From positions 736,001-800,000 of the forward strand of contig OY763415.1 of assembly GCA_963667565.1 (NCBI GenBank): a DNA stretch of 64,000 bases, in the 5' to 3' direction. The DNA comes from Acholeplasmataceae bacterium. GTDB taxonomy: Bacteria > Bacillota_I > Bacilli_A > Acholeplasmatales > Acholeplasmataceae. The notes under the pieces are model-generated. The model was given only the letters and a program-made list of their open reading frames with translations. It was not told the DNA's origin and ran no database searches. This document shows, one piece after another, positions 1 to 10,427 of this stretch (the first letter of the stretch is position 1; each line of letters opens with the position of its first letter). A program made the translations under genes and the position numbers.

Positions 1-677
1 TAAGCTTGTTGGAGTTGAGCCATCGTCTTATCATAATTTTCAAGTTTATGTATTTCATATTGCAACTCTTCTTTTTCATGTAACTTTAATTTAAACCCTT
101 CAAGTTCTTTTACTTGATAGGCTAAAAAATCAGCACGTTCTAAACTTTCTTGTTTTTTATTTTTTAATTGATCAAAGGCTTGTTTCTTTAAAATATATTC
201 ACTTCTTGAAAGCATATATTGATTCATAAGTGTATCTATTTTTTCTTGATCGACTTGATCAATATATTGTAAATAGGTATTTTTATCTTGAAGTTGCATG
301 GTTTCATCTTGTGCATGAATGCTTGCAAACATCTTTGTAACATCTCTTAATTTAGTTAAAGTCACAATTTCAGAATTAATGCGCATTTGATGTTTCCCTG
401 ATGCATCAATTTCTCTTTCGATTTCAATTTCATCACCATATCCATAGAAATCTTGAACTTCCTTTGAAAGCTTAAAAACACCACGTACAATGGCTTTATC
501 TTCACCATAACGAATCATTTGTGCATCACTTCTTTTACCAAAAAGCAATTGTAATGATTCTAAAATAATAGATTTACCCGCACCTGTTTCACCAGTTAAC
601 GCAGTTAACCCATCATTAAATTCAATTTCTAAATCATCAATTAACGCAAAGTTTAACACTTTGAGTTTTTTTATCAT
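1..677 (-). CDS. recN: DNA repair protein RecN (N-terminal part, truncated by window edge)
   Basis: Translated by hand from ATG at 677: MIKKLKVLNFALIDDLEIEFNDGLTALTGETGAGKSII (RecN Walker A region); ATGA overlap with tlyA stop; usual tlyA-recN order. Confidence 0.93.
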   Translation of the reverse strand, partial: MIKKLKVLNFALIDDLEIEFNDGLTALTGETGAGKSIILESLQLLFGKRSDAQMIRYGEDKAIVRGVFKLSKEVQDFYGYGDEIEIEREIDASGKHQMRINSEIVTLTKLRDVTKMFASIHAQDETMQLQDKNTYLQYIDQVDQEKIDTLMNQYMLSRSEYILKKQAFDQLKNKKQESLERADFLAYQVKELEGFKLKLHEKEELQYEIHKLENYDKTMAQLQQA

Positions 678-1411
678 AGAATCGCCCCTATCAATGTTAG
701 GATATCTTTAGACTTTTTATGGCTGTCTATATATATAATATATTCTTGATTGCCTTTTTTCCCTTTAATTTCTGATTTATCTAAATTCACTATGTTAAAT
801 CCTAATGAATTGATGACAGATAAGACATCATTTAATACGACTTTATGAAGCTTTAAATCCTTTACAACACCTTGTTTGATAGCTTTTTTTCCAATCTCAA
901 ACTGCGGTTTAATAAGTCCAATGATTTCTCCTTGAAACCCTTGTATGTGCTTAAACACTTTTGTAATTGATATAAAAGATACATCAATTAATATCACATC
1001 AGCATCTGGTAGTTTGACATCAAGAATATTTGTTTCTTCATGACATATCACTCTTTGATCAATCTTAAGTTTTGCTGCAAGTTGATCTTTTCCAACATCA
1101 TATGTATATACAAGTTTTGCCCCATGATCTAATGAGCACTCTGTAAATCCACCAGTAGAGGCACCAATATCAATGATTGTTTTACCGTTGAAATCAAGAT
1201 TATAATTTTTGATTGCATGATATAATTTTTCACCAGCACGACCAACAAAACGAAGATGTTCTAAAACTTTAACTTCTTGATCAATAATGATAAGACCCGC
1301 TTTTGAAGCAGTCATTTCATTAACTAAAACATATCCGCGTTTGATTAGGTCAGTCGCTTTACTTCTTGTTTCGACTAAACCTTTATCAACTAAATATTGA
1401 TCAAGTCTCAT
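674..1411 (-). CDS. tlyA: TlyA family rRNA methyltransferase
   Basis: S4 domain MRLDQYLV; DIGASTGGFT, DVSFIS and LIKPQFE motifs. Confidence 0.95.
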   Translation of the reverse strand: MRLDQYLVDKGLVETRSKATDLIKRGYVLVNEMTASKAGLIIIDQEVKVLEHLRFVGRAGEKLYHAIKNYNLDFNGKTIIDIGASTGGFTECSLDHGAKLVYTYDVGKDQLAAKLKIDQRVICHEETNILDVKLPDADVILIDVSFISITKVFKHIQGFQGEIIGLIKPQFEIGKKAIKQGVVKDLKLHKVVLNDVLSVINSLGFNIVNLDKSEIKGKKGNQEYIIYIDSHKKSKDILTLIGAIL

Positions 1412-3231
1412 AAGAAACTTCCTAAGACTTCACAGATTGCATCAAGATCCATATGATAAGCTTTTAACATGTCTTCATATTTACCATATGTAACAACTTG
1501 ATCACTTAATGATAGCATCTTCACCTCATGATTTAAATGATGTTTCATCATGTATGATAGTATACTTGGGTATAATCCACCTTGATTTGCGCTCTCTTCG
1601 TAAACAAAAACTTTATGTGTAACTGCTAATGCTTCACTGAGCACTTTTTCATCAATGGGTTTAATAAATCTTGCATTAATGATTGTAGCATCTAAATTCA
1701 TTTTGCGATCTGCTTCAATGAGTAAGTCAAGGCTTGGACCATAGCTAATTAATAATGGGCCATTCCCTTTTTTTAAATATGTCCAATAAGATTTTAATGG
1801 CTTTAATTCTAAAGTGTCATTTATCTTGTCAAAATTCACTTGTCCTCTAGGATATCTGATCACACAAGGATGTGATTGTTCTATAAATGCATAATACATA
1901 AGTTCTTCAACATCATTTTTATCATATGGCATTGTAATAACAACATTTGGCATTAAACTAAACATCGATACATCAAATAAACCTTGGTGTGTGGATCCAT
2001 CCTCACCAACAATACCTGCTCGATCAATACCAAAAACAACATGATGATCGCTTCTTGCAACATCATTTAAAATTTGATCGAATGCTCTTTGGCTAAATGT
2101 TGAATAAACAGGATAATATACTTTAATGCCATGATGCGCTAAACTTGCTGCCATCGTTGCACCATGTTCTTCAGCAATACCAATGTCTAAGTAACGGTCC
2201 GGAAATTTCTTTTGAAATGCACTCATTTTTGTACCTACCGTCATCGCAGGCATAATAACAAATGTTTTTTCTAAATCTTGTAATTTTTCAATACTTATGG
2301 CAATAAGTTCACTCCATGAAATACCTTGATTTTTAGAATCAGAAGGTTGTGAAATACCATGAAAAGATCCAATTTTATCACTTTCTGCTTCTGGGTGTCC
2401 TTTACCTTTATCAGTAATGATATGAAGTATCACAGACTTTTTAATATGTTTAATACGATTTAATGTCTTAATCAGTAATTTAATGTCATGTCCATCAATA
2501 GGCCCTACATACATATATCCTAAATCTTCAAATATGTTTTGTCTTTGAAGCAATGCTCTAAGTGCTCTTTTTATTCTCCCAAAAGCTCTAAGAATGATAT
2601 GTGGTGTTATTCTTCCCCAAAAACGTTTAAGTGAAATAATGAGTTTCATACTTCTAATTTTAGTTAATGCTCTTGAAAATGCACCAACACTTTTAGAAAT
2701 ACTCATTTCATTATCATTTAAAACAATCATACCTTGATGTTTCTTATCTGCCCCTAAAATATTTAACGCTTCAAATGACATGCCATTGACAATGGATGCA
2801 TCTCCAACAATAGCAATTCCTTTTCCATCTTCTTCTTTTAAATCATTTGCATATAAAAAACCCATGAGTGCAGAAATCGCAGTACCCGCATGTCCACTTT
2901 CCCATTGATCATGTGCTGATTCACTATAATCAATATAACCAGACATACCATTTGTTTGTCTTAATTGTTCAAAATCACCTGCTCTACCTGTAAGAATCTT
3001 ATGTGTATATGCTTGATGACCCACATCAAAAATAAATGCATCTTTAGGACTATTAAATACATAATGAAGTGCAATAATCAATTCTACTGTCCCCAAATTC
3101 GAACTTAAATGTCCCCCAGTTTTTGGAATTGTATCAAGCAAAAAAGCACGTATTTCTACGGCTAATTGTTCTAATTCCTTATATGATAGATTTTTGATAA
3201 ATGATGGATCTTTTATATCCTTCAAATTCAT
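1408..3231 (-). CDS. dxs: 1-deoxy-D-xylulose-5-phosphate synthase
   Basis: GGHLSSNLG, DVGHQAY, GDA..LNDN TPP motif, IAEEH, DRAGIVGEDGSTH. Confidence 0.95.
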   Translation of the reverse strand: MNLKDIKDPSFIKNLSYKELEQLAVEIRAFLLDTIPKTGGHLSSNLGTVELIIALHYVFNSPKDAFIFDVGHQAYTHKILTGRAGDFEQLRQTNGMSGYIDYSESAHDQWESGHAGTAISALMGFLYANDLKEEDGKGIAIVGDASIVNGMSFEALNILGADKKHQGMIVLNDNEMSISKSVGAFSRALTKIRSMKLIISLKRFWGRITPHIILRAFGRIKRALRALLQRQNIFEDLGYMYVGPIDGHDIKLLIKTLNRIKHIKKSVILHIITDKGKGHPEAESDKIGSFHGISQPSDSKNQGISWSELIAISIEKLQDLEKTFVIMPAMTVGTKMSAFQKKFPDRYLDIGIAEEHGATMAASLAHHGIKVYYPVYSTFSQRAFDQILNDVARSDHHVVFGIDRAGIVGEDGSTHQGLFDVSMFSLMPNVVITMPYDKNDVEELMYYAFIEQSHPCVIRYPRGQVNFDKINDTLELKPLKSYWTYLKKGNGPLLISYGPSLDLLIEADRKMNLDATIINARFIKPIDEKVLSEALAVTHKVFVYEESANQGGLYPSILSYMMKHHLNHEVKMLSLSDQVVTYGKYEDMLKAYHMDLDAICEVLGSFL

Positions 3232-3416
3232 TATCCTTTAATTTCCTTTACGACTAATTTTTCTGCTTCTTCAAGCATTTGATAACAAGTCTTTGATAGT
3301 TCAAGACCTCTTTGATATTTTTTAACTGCTTCATCAAGTGTGATTTCCTTATTTTCTAAGTCTTTAACCACTTGTTCTAATTCTTTCAATAAACTTTCAA
3401 AAGATTGATTTTCCAT
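3231..3416 (-). CDS. xseB: Exodeoxyribonuclease VII small subunit
   Basis: SFE..L.ELE..V..LE...LDEA...Y pattern; follows xseA. Confidence 0.93.
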   Translation of the reverse strand: MENQSFESLLKELEQVVKDLENKEITLDEAVKKYQRGLELSKTCYQMLEEAEKLVVKEIKG

Positions 3417-4744
3417 TAGTTTTCCTCCTTATGAATCACTTTAGTATCGACTTTACCATCTTTAAGTGTGATTCTGATTTCATCATTGACTAAAATGTCT
3501 TTAACGCTTGAAATAACATGATTTTCTTTTTCGATATATGCAAATCCTTTATCCATATATGTTAAAGGATTAAGTCCTTTTAATGCTGTTTGATTCACTC
3601 GATATTGATAAGCTTTTAATTCCATGATTGATTGAATATTTTGTTTTAACAACAAAGTAGACTGTTGATGCTTATCCTTTAAATGCTTAATATGGTCAAG
3701 CGGTGATCGCATCATTTGTTTTAGTTGTGTGACCTTATTTTTAAGATCTTCTACTTTTAGAACATAATTTCTTTCCAACGATATTTGAAATCTATGAAGA
3801 TCTTTTTTTGATTGCGCAACTTGATAAATCGGAGATAAGACATCAAGTCTTTGATCAATGTGAACGAGCTTTGTTTGATTTTGTTCAATAAATCTATGAA
3901 ATAATTTTTTAATAAGTTCTTGATCATATAAAATATCTTCTAGTAAATCTGATTTATTAGGTGTTGCAAGTTCTGCAGCTGCTGTTGGTGTTGGTGCTCT
4001 TAAATCAGAAACAAAATCACATAAAGTAAAATCTGTTTCATGTCCAATCGCTGTAATGACTGGAATCTTTGATTCAAAGATAGCCATAATTGCTGGTAAT
4101 TCATTAAATCCCCATAGATCCTCAATTGATCCACCACCACGTCCAACGATAAGCACATCAACTTCATTAAGTTTATTTGCTAATACGATTTGATCATGAA
4201 TCGATTTTGATGAATCTGGACCTTGCACGAGTGCAGGATATAGGTGAATCTCTGATAATAAGTAGCGTCTTGTTACTGTATTTTTGATATCTTCAATGAC
4301 TGCCCCGGTAGGTGAGGTAACAACACCAATTCTTTTAGGAAATTTGGGAATTGCTTTTTTATGAGATTGCTCAAAATATCCCTTGTCTGATAAATCCTTT
4401 TTTAATGCTTCATATTTTAAATAAAGTTCACCAATACCATCAAGCTTCATTTCTGCAACTTGAATGCTATAAGAACCACCTGCTTCATAAATGCTCATTC
4501 TACCTTGTAATAAAACATGATCACCATCTTTTGGTGAAAATGTGACTTGTTTTACGTAATTAGAAAACATAATGCAACTAATTTGTGCCTGTTCATCTTT
4601 TAAAGTGAAATAAAAATGTCCACGACTATGATGTTTAAAATTAGAAATTTCACCTTTGATATAAATAGAAACAAGGTGTTTATCACCTTCTAATTTCGCT
4701 TTGATATATTTAGTTAACGCTGTGACACTTAGATAGTTTTCCAA
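3416..4744 (-). CDS. xseA: Exodeoxyribonuclease VII large subunit
   Basis: GEISNF, GHFYFTLKD, GRGGGSIEDLW, IGHETD, PTPTAAAE. Confidence 0.96.
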   Translation of the reverse strand: MENYLSVTALTKYIKAKLEGDKHLVSIYIKGEISNFKHHSRGHFYFTLKDEQAQISCIMFSNYVKQVTFSPKDGDHVLLQGRMSIYEAGGSYSIQVAEMKLDGIGELYLKYEALKKDLSDKGYFEQSHKKAIPKFPKRIGVVTSPTGAVIEDIKNTVTRRYLLSEIHLYPALVQGPDSSKSIHDQIVLANKLNEVDVLIVGRGGGSIEDLWGFNELPAIMAIFESKIPVITAIGHETDFTLCDFVSDLRAPTPTAAAELATPNKSDLLEDILYDQELIKKLFHRFIEQNQTKLVHIDQRLDVLSPIYQVAQSKKDLHRFQISLERNYVLKVEDLKNKVTQLKQMMRSPLDHIKHLKDKHQQSTLLLKQNIQSIMELKAYQYRVNQTALKGLNPLTYMDKGFAYIEKENHVISSVKDILVNDEIRITLKDGKVDTKVIHKEEN

Positions 4745-4751
4745 AGAAATC

Positions 4752-5138
4752 TCATTCCCTTACTGATTTAGCGATATTATCTAAAAGTTTATTTGTAAAT
4801 TTATGTTGTTTTTCATCGTCTAAATTGGTATATTCTTTTGTAATTTCAATCGCTTCATCAATAACAACTTGTACAGGAGTTTCAGTAAACATGAACTCAT
4901 AAGTTGCATATCTAATAATTGCTCGATCAACAAATGAAATTCGATTTAAAGTATAGTTAAAAAGTTGACTTTCAATCATGTCATTAATCATATCTATATG
5001 TTTTATTACATCACTATAAATTTTAAATTCAACTTCATCAAGTGATGATTCAAAGGGCTGTCCAACGGATTCAAAAATGTCTTTTTGATATAAATTGAAA
5101 ATAATATGTTCTCTTTGTGTTCTTAATTGTGTTTTCAT
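4752..5138 (-). CDS. nusB: Transcription antitermination factor NusB
   Basis: DRAIIR.A.YE, V.IDEAIEI.K, F.N.LLD; context upstream of xseA. Confidence 0.88.
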   Translation of the reverse strand: MKTQLRTQREHIIFNLYQKDIFESVGQPFESSLDEVEFKIYSDVIKHIDMINDMIESQLFNYTLNRISFVDRAIIRYATYEFMFTETPVQVVIDEAIEITKEYTNLDDEKQHKFTNKLLDNIAKSVRE

Positions 5139-5261
5139 AAAATACCTCGTAAATATTTTAACATAATATTTCTTTATAAGAAATAATTAAACAACTATTT
5201 ATACTTCGTAATGATACTAAATTAAATTTGTGCTATAATTTACGTATAAAAGGAGGTAGGC

Positions 5262-6824
5262 ATGATGCATTTAGAATCTTTTGACAAAAAGAAAAAAGGT
5301 TTTATTACAAAGATTTTTATCATTGTTTTTTTAGCGTTGTCTATTTCTTTTATAGCGTTTAATTCTTATAGAGTTTATAACCAATATAAAGAGAATATTG
5401 ATGATGTGATGTCTCATGAAGAAGTGATTGTTCAAGGTGCTCAAGAACGCATGACTGACTACTTATATTTTATCATAACAGACCTACTCTATTTAGAAAC
5501 TGAGTTTGAGCAAAATATTGCATCAGGTGGAAATTATCAAGAAATTGAAAACGATTGGTTCATATATTCAAATGCTAAAAGAACATATTCTCAAATTAGA
5601 TTTATTAACACATTAGGCATGGAAGAAATCCGTATTAATTTTGATGGTACGAGTGCTAGTATTGTCAATCATTTGGATTTAGAAGACAAGTCAGATCGAT
5701 ACTACTTTCAAAATACGATTGGGCTTAGTGATCAATCCATTTATCTTTCTGATATTGATCTTAATTTTGATAACAATCAAATCATCTTGCCTTATGAACT
5801 TGAGTTTAGAGTTTCCACACCAGTTTATGTTGACGATACTTTATATGGAATTGTTATTATTAACTTTGATTTTTTGACCATTCTTAAACAAATGAGTTAT
5901 TACAGTTTAAACTCTAATGGAGATTTTTATATTTTAGATGATGAGAGTTATTTCATTTATCATCCTAATGATAATTATGAGTGGGGCTTTGATATTTCAA
6001 GTAGAGCCCAATATAATTTTGGTAATTTTTATCCAGATGCATGGTTTGATATCATTGAACATAAAACACAGTTTTATACGAGTGAAGGCTTATTTACATT
6101 TAATAGTTTTAATTTACTGAATGCTGTTTCAAGAGAAGGTTATACTTTTTATGCAGATCATCCTATTATCTATTTGGGAACATATGTATCCAAAGTTGAC
6201 AATCAATATTTATTTGATCAAAACATATTTTTAAACATTGTAAGTTTAACTATTTCAACAAACCTATTAACCTTATCCATTATTTTGTTGATTTCAATAT
6301 TTATAACCATGTTAGTTTATGTACGTACTAAAATTGATTATGAAGAAAAATACTATGCATCTTTTGATTCACTCACACAAGTATATAATCGCCGTTTTGG
6401 ATTAGATCTGCTTGAAAAACTTATTAAAAATAATCAAGTAGCCTCTATTTGCTTTATTGATATTGATGGTTTAAAAGAAGTCAATGATGCGTTTGGTCAT
6501 CATTTTGGTGATGACATGTTAAAAACAACGATGAATATCTTAAAGCAGTTTATTACTATGCCAGATTTTGTATTTAGACTTGGTGGAGATGAATTTGTCA
6601 TCGTTTCTAATAAAAATGCAGTCGAGCTTGAACATATATGGAGCCTTATCCTTGATGCATTTAAAAAAGCAAATACTGAGCAACTTAATCCTTATAAATT
6701 ATCTGCAAGTCATGGTATTGTCGAAAGTAGTAAAAATATAGATGTCAATAAATTTTTATCACTTGCTGATGATCAAATGTATAAAGAAAAGAAATTATAT
6801 TACAAACAAAAAGAGCAATCCTAA
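5262..6824 (+). CDS. Membrane sensor diguanylate cyclase (Cache-like periplasmic-type domain + GGDEF)
   Basis: Two TM segments around an extracellular domain (DKSDRYYF); intact DIDGLKEVNDAFGHHFGD and RLGGDEF; no RxxD I-site; RBS AGGAGG. Confidence 0.9.
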   Translation: MMHLESFDKKKKGFITKIFIIVFLALSISFIAFNSYRVYNQYKENIDDVMSHEEVIVQGAQERMTDYLYFIITDLLYLETEFEQNIASGGNYQEIENDWFIYSNAKRTYSQIRFINTLGMEEIRINFDGTSASIVNHLDLEDKSDRYYFQNTIGLSDQSIYLSDIDLNFDNNQIILPYELEFRVSTPVYVDDTLYGIVIINFDFLTILKQMSYYSLNSNGDFYILDDESYFIYHPNDNYEWGFDISSRAQYNFGNFYPDAWFDIIEHKTQFYTSEGLFTFNSFNLLNAVSREGYTFYADHPIIYLGTYVSKVDNQYLFDQNIFLNIVSLTISTNLLTLSIILLISIFITMLVYVRTKIDYEEKYYASFDSLTQVYNRRFGLDLLEKLIKNNQVASICFIDIDGLKEVNDAFGHHFGDDMLKTTMNILKQFITMPDFVFRLGGDEFVIVSNKNAVELEHIWSLILDAFKKANTEQLNPYKLSASHGIVESSKNIDVNKFLSLADDQMYKEKKLYYKQKEQS

Positions 6825-6838
6825 AATTGCTCTTTTTT
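6810..6838. terminator. Bidirectional intrinsic terminator
   Basis: aagagcaa..ttgctctt hairpin flanked by A and T tracts between convergent genes. Confidence 0.75.
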
Positions 6839-7517
6839 ATATCATCATGTGATCTTTTAATACATGATACATATTTAATATCTCTTCTCGTCCCTCTTTA
6901 GTCAAATCATAGATGCCTCTATCAATTCTTATAAAATATTTTTGATAATTTTTTTGTAAAATCGATGAAACTTTTTCGATGTTAAGTGCTTTTTTAATTT
7001 CCTTTGTTGAGGAAGGACCATGATCTAAAATGTATATACCGATTTGTGTAACCATTTCCTTATATCTTGTCATGATTTTACCTTTAGTTCCACCTAAGTT
7101 GAGTGATGATTTACTGAGTTTAAACTCTTTTTTCATTTTTTCTTTCTTTTTTTGATACATCAGTCTGCTTTTTGCATAGTCAAATGGTTTTGATTCTAAA
7201 ATGATTTCAGCAAAGTCATTGGAAACTGCAATCAAACCTATTTCTAAACGTTTTAGAAGAGATATGAGCTGTCTATATGACTGCTTAGAGTGATTGATAT
7301 GTTTTTTAAAGGTTGCAATATAAACCTCATCAACAATTTTTTGTCTTTCAATAGCTTGATAAATTAGTTTTAAACTAATACTTGTTTTAAGTTCAACCGC
7401 AATATAATAATCTTCTTTAGATGCTAATATATCAATATGGTTGATTTCAGCTTTCACTTCATAACCAAAAGACTCAAATAATGTTTTTACTGGCAAATAT
7501 AATTCTGTTTCTTTCAT
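6837..7517 (-). CDS. DUF2161 family putative PD-(D/E)XK protein
   Basis: KETELY.PVK..FE..GY.VKAE, VELK, L..QA..RQ; likely start MKETELY at 7517. Confidence 0.75.
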   Translation of the reverse strand: MKETELYLPVKTLFESFGYEVKAEINHIDILASKEDYYIAVELKTSISLKLIYQAIERQKIVDEVYIATFKKHINHSKQSYRQLISLLKRLEIGLIAVSNDFAEIILESKPFDYAKSRLMYQKKKEKMKKEFKLSKSSLNLGGTKGKIMTRYKEMVTQIGIYILDHGPSSTKEIKKALNIEKVSSILQKNYQKYFIRIDRGIYDLTKEGREEILNMYHVLKDHMMI

Positions 7518-7595
7518 ATGATCATCCATCACTTTCACAATTATCATAACATAAAGATAAAAAAAAGACCTTATATAATAAGATCTTTTCTAAAG

Positions 7596-8780
7596 TTAAT
7601 CTTGCATTAATTTCTTTCTTTTTCTTATGACTGAAACAGCAGTTGATCCAAGAACAACAACAACTGCAAGTACGATTGCAACAATTGTAGATGTTCCAAC
7701 ACCTTCATCATCGAAACCTTTATTTGCTAAAATTTCTTGCCATGAGTTGTCAATTTCAATTTTCAACGCTTCATTATAACGATACACTTGATCATTTGTG
7801 TTAATTCTTACATCAAATGACGCTGCATAATCTGCAAAATCACCAGTTAATAAATCTGTTATAACATCTTGTCTAGGTGAAGTATATTGAACCCATTCTG
7901 TGTTTTGTTTATTTGCATCATAGCTTAACATAAAACTGATAAAATCATAAGCATATTCTGTTTGAGCACCTTTTGGTGTCACAAATCCATCTACCCAAAC
8001 ATTTGTTCCTTCATTTGGTACATAAAATGATAAATTTGCATTTTCACTCATAAGGAAGTTTGCATCACCTGAATAACTGACTGCTAAATTATATCTTGCA
8101 GGATCTATCATCGCATCAAAAATATCATCAGTAATCACATATGTGTCAGATGTTAATGCATCATTTAACCAAGTGGTTGCAGCAGCTAATTCTGTTGAGG
8201 TTGGATTGTTAATATCTTGTGTACCGGTTGCAAACATTGAAATCATGAATGCGTCTCTAGAACTGTTATAAAATGCAACTTCATATTCTGTAGAATCAAG
8301 AAGTACATCCCATCCTGTTAAATCATTTTGATCAACGACTGTTGTATCATATAAAATACCAACATTACCCCAAAAATAAGGCACTGCATAATCAAGTAAA
8401 TTAAAACCATTCGTTCCATCAGATAATTTTGATAAAACGGATTGTAATCCAGTTGCTATATCTGTATTCTTATCAAATGTAGTCACTTTAGACCAATCAA
8501 TTGGGTCAATTAAATCCTCTTGTGCTAATTGTTCAATAGCATAATCACTTGGAATGACTAGATCATATTGGTTACCAGCTTTGATTTGCGTAATCGCAAC
8601 TTCATTTGAATCAAATGCGATTTGTTTTACTTTAATGCCGTATTCTTCTTCAAATTGAAGGACTAAATCATCATCGATATATTCGCCCCAATTATAAAGT
8701 CTTAATGTGGGTCCACTTGAACAACTTGCTAAAAATAATAATGTAAGGACAAAAACTAAACTAAGTAAATATTTTTTCAT
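7596..8780 (-). CDS. potD: Spermidine/putrescine ABC transporter substrate-binding lipoprotein with extra C-terminal TM helix
   Basis: Lipobox LASC; YNWGEYID, PSDY, PYFWG, EGTNVWVD; last gene of potABCD. Confidence 0.9.
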   Translation of the reverse strand: MKKYLLSLVFVLTLLFLASCSSGPTLRLYNWGEYIDDDLVLQFEEEYGIKVKQIAFDSNEVAITQIKAGNQYDLVIPSDYAIEQLAQEDLIDPIDWSKVTTFDKNTDIATGLQSVLSKLSDGTNGFNLLDYAVPYFWGNVGILYDTTVVDQNDLTGWDVLLDSTEYEVAFYNSSRDAFMISMFATGTQDINNPTSTELAAATTWLNDALTSDTYVITDDIFDAMIDPARYNLAVSYSGDANFLMSENANLSFYVPNEGTNVWVDGFVTPKGAQTEYAYDFISFMLSYDANKQNTEWVQYTSPRQDVITDLLTGDFADYAASFDVRINTNDQVYRYNEALKIEIDNSWQEILANKGFDDEGVGTSTIVAIVLAVVVVLGSTAVSVIRKRKKLMQD

Positions 8781-9589
8781 TCTAATTCCTCTACTTTCTT
8801 CCCTGTTTTAAAATAATCATATAAAATCTTAGAGCCTACAATCACGAGTATAATCGTTGATAACGCATTAATAATCGGTTTCGGACTTAATTTATTTGTG
8901 TATAAATAAATAGAAATGTTCATATCACCGCTTGATCCAGCAACGAAATATGAAATGATAAAGTCATCAAATGACATTGTAAATGCAAGTGCCGCACCTG
9001 CAATGATTGCAACTTTAATTTGCGGCAATATCACTTTAATAAGCGTTTGAATGGGTGATGCACCTAAATCATATGCTGCATCAGCGATATTTGGATCTAA
9101 ACTTTTAACTTTTGGATAAACTGTAATTAGTACATAAGGAGTTGAAAATGCGATATGAGCTAGCAACATCGTATTATATGATGGCGCAATTTGCATTGCT
9201 CCAAATAAGACAAGTAACGATACTGCAATAATAATATCTGGGCTGACAATCGGAATATTATTGACTGACATTGTCAACTCTCTAAATCCTTTTTTAGTTT
9301 TTGCAAGTGCAATTGCTGCAAGTGTTCCAAAAATAGTCGAAATAAATGTTGATACAACTGCAATCCAAATGGTCATAAAGACAATACTTTCTCTTGGATT
9401 TGTGTAATTAAAAAGTTGTGGATCTGTAAATAGTTCTACATATCTATTTAATGTAAATCCTGACCATCTCGTTAGAGAATCATCTTGATTAAAAGAAAAT
9501 ACCGCAATACTGATAATGGGTGCATAGATAAAAATCATAACTAAGACTAAAAATATTGTTGGGGTAAGGTTATTTTTCTTCGAGTTCAT
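8777..9589 (-). CDS. potC: Polyamine ABC transporter permease
   Basis: FSFN, AAYDLGA, AFTMSFDDF. Confidence 0.92.
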   Translation of the reverse strand: MNSKKNNLTPTIFLVLVMIFIYAPIISIAVFSFNQDDSLTRWSGFTLNRYVELFTDPQLFNYTNPRESIVFMTIWIAVVSTFISTIFGTLAAIALAKTKKGFRELTMSVNNIPIVSPDIIIAVSLLVLFGAMQIAPSYNTMLLAHIAFSTPYVLITVYPKVKSLDPNIADAAYDLGASPIQTLIKVILPQIKVAIIAGAALAFTMSFDDFIISYFVAGSSGDMNISIYLYTNKLSPKPIINALSTIILVIVGSKILYDYFKTGKKVEELE

Positions 9590-10427
9590 TTCGATTAACC
9601 CCCTTATATTTATCTAGTTTTTTAATGTAGAATACGATGCCTAGTATAATCAGTGATAAAACAATAGCAACTGCTGATCCATAACTGATTTTTCCACTAA
9701 TCTTGACTTTTTGTTCGATGAGTGTACCTATCATATAAATGTTTTGACTTGGTGCTAAATATTGAGGCACAATAATTGTGGTTGCTGCTGGTAAAAACAC
9801 CATCAAAATACCTGAAACAACACCCGAAAGCGATAAAGGTAATATTACACGAGCAAATGTTTGTGTTTTAGATGCACCTAAATCAGCAGATGATTCTAAT
9901 AAATTTTTATCTATTTTAGCAAGTATTGCATAAATAGGTAAAACCATAAATGGTAAATAAACATAAATTAATCCAATCACTACACCAGCTGCACTATTAA
10001 TTAAAAATGGAAATAACATTCTAAATATTTGTTCTAATGCTCGAACACGTAATAGTGTATTAATCCACATCGGTGCATTAATTAAGATGAGCATGGTTGC
10101 AGCAGTTCTTGGACGCATTTTAGTTAATAAATAGGCAAGTGGATATCCTATAAACAATGAACCAATGGTTGTTGCAAATGCAATCCATAAACTATTCGTC
10201 ATTGATCGTACAAATGCTGATTCAGATAGGAATGATTGATAATTTTCTAGTGAAAAATTAAATGGAAATATGGATGTCGACGTTGTATCAGATTGAAATG
10301 ATGCTAAGATGAGTAAAAAGATAGGTATAACGACAAGTATAAATAGAATGATATAGTATGGAATGCCTAAGTAATGATCAAATCTAAACTTAGATTTATT
10401 CTTCTTTGATGGCATTAAATGTTGCAT
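9570..10427 (-). CDS. potB: Polyamine ABC transporter permease
   Basis: GYPLAY, PMWIN.L.R, YLPFMVLPIY, DLGAS; TAATG coupling to potA. Confidence 0.9.
   Translation of the reverse strand: MQHLMPSKKNKSKFRFDHYLGIPYYIILFILVVIPIFLLILASFQSDTTSTSIFPFNFSLENYQSFLSESAFVRSMTNSLWIAFATTIGSLFIGYPLAYLLTKMRPRTAATMLILINAPMWINTLLRVRALEQIFRMLFPFLINSAAGVVIGLIYVYLPFMVLPIYAILAKIDKNLLESSADLGASKTQTFARVILPLSLSGVVSGILMVFLPAATTIIVPQYLAPSQNIYMIGTLIEQKVKISGKISYGSAVAIVLSLIILGIVFYIKKLDKYKGVNRNELEEK

Noticed and set aside
1..5138. Absence of folD, ispA and argR from the nusB-xseAB-dxs-tlyA-recN cluster
   Set aside because: Simple gene loss or relocation in a reduced genome; no remnants; not a novel system.
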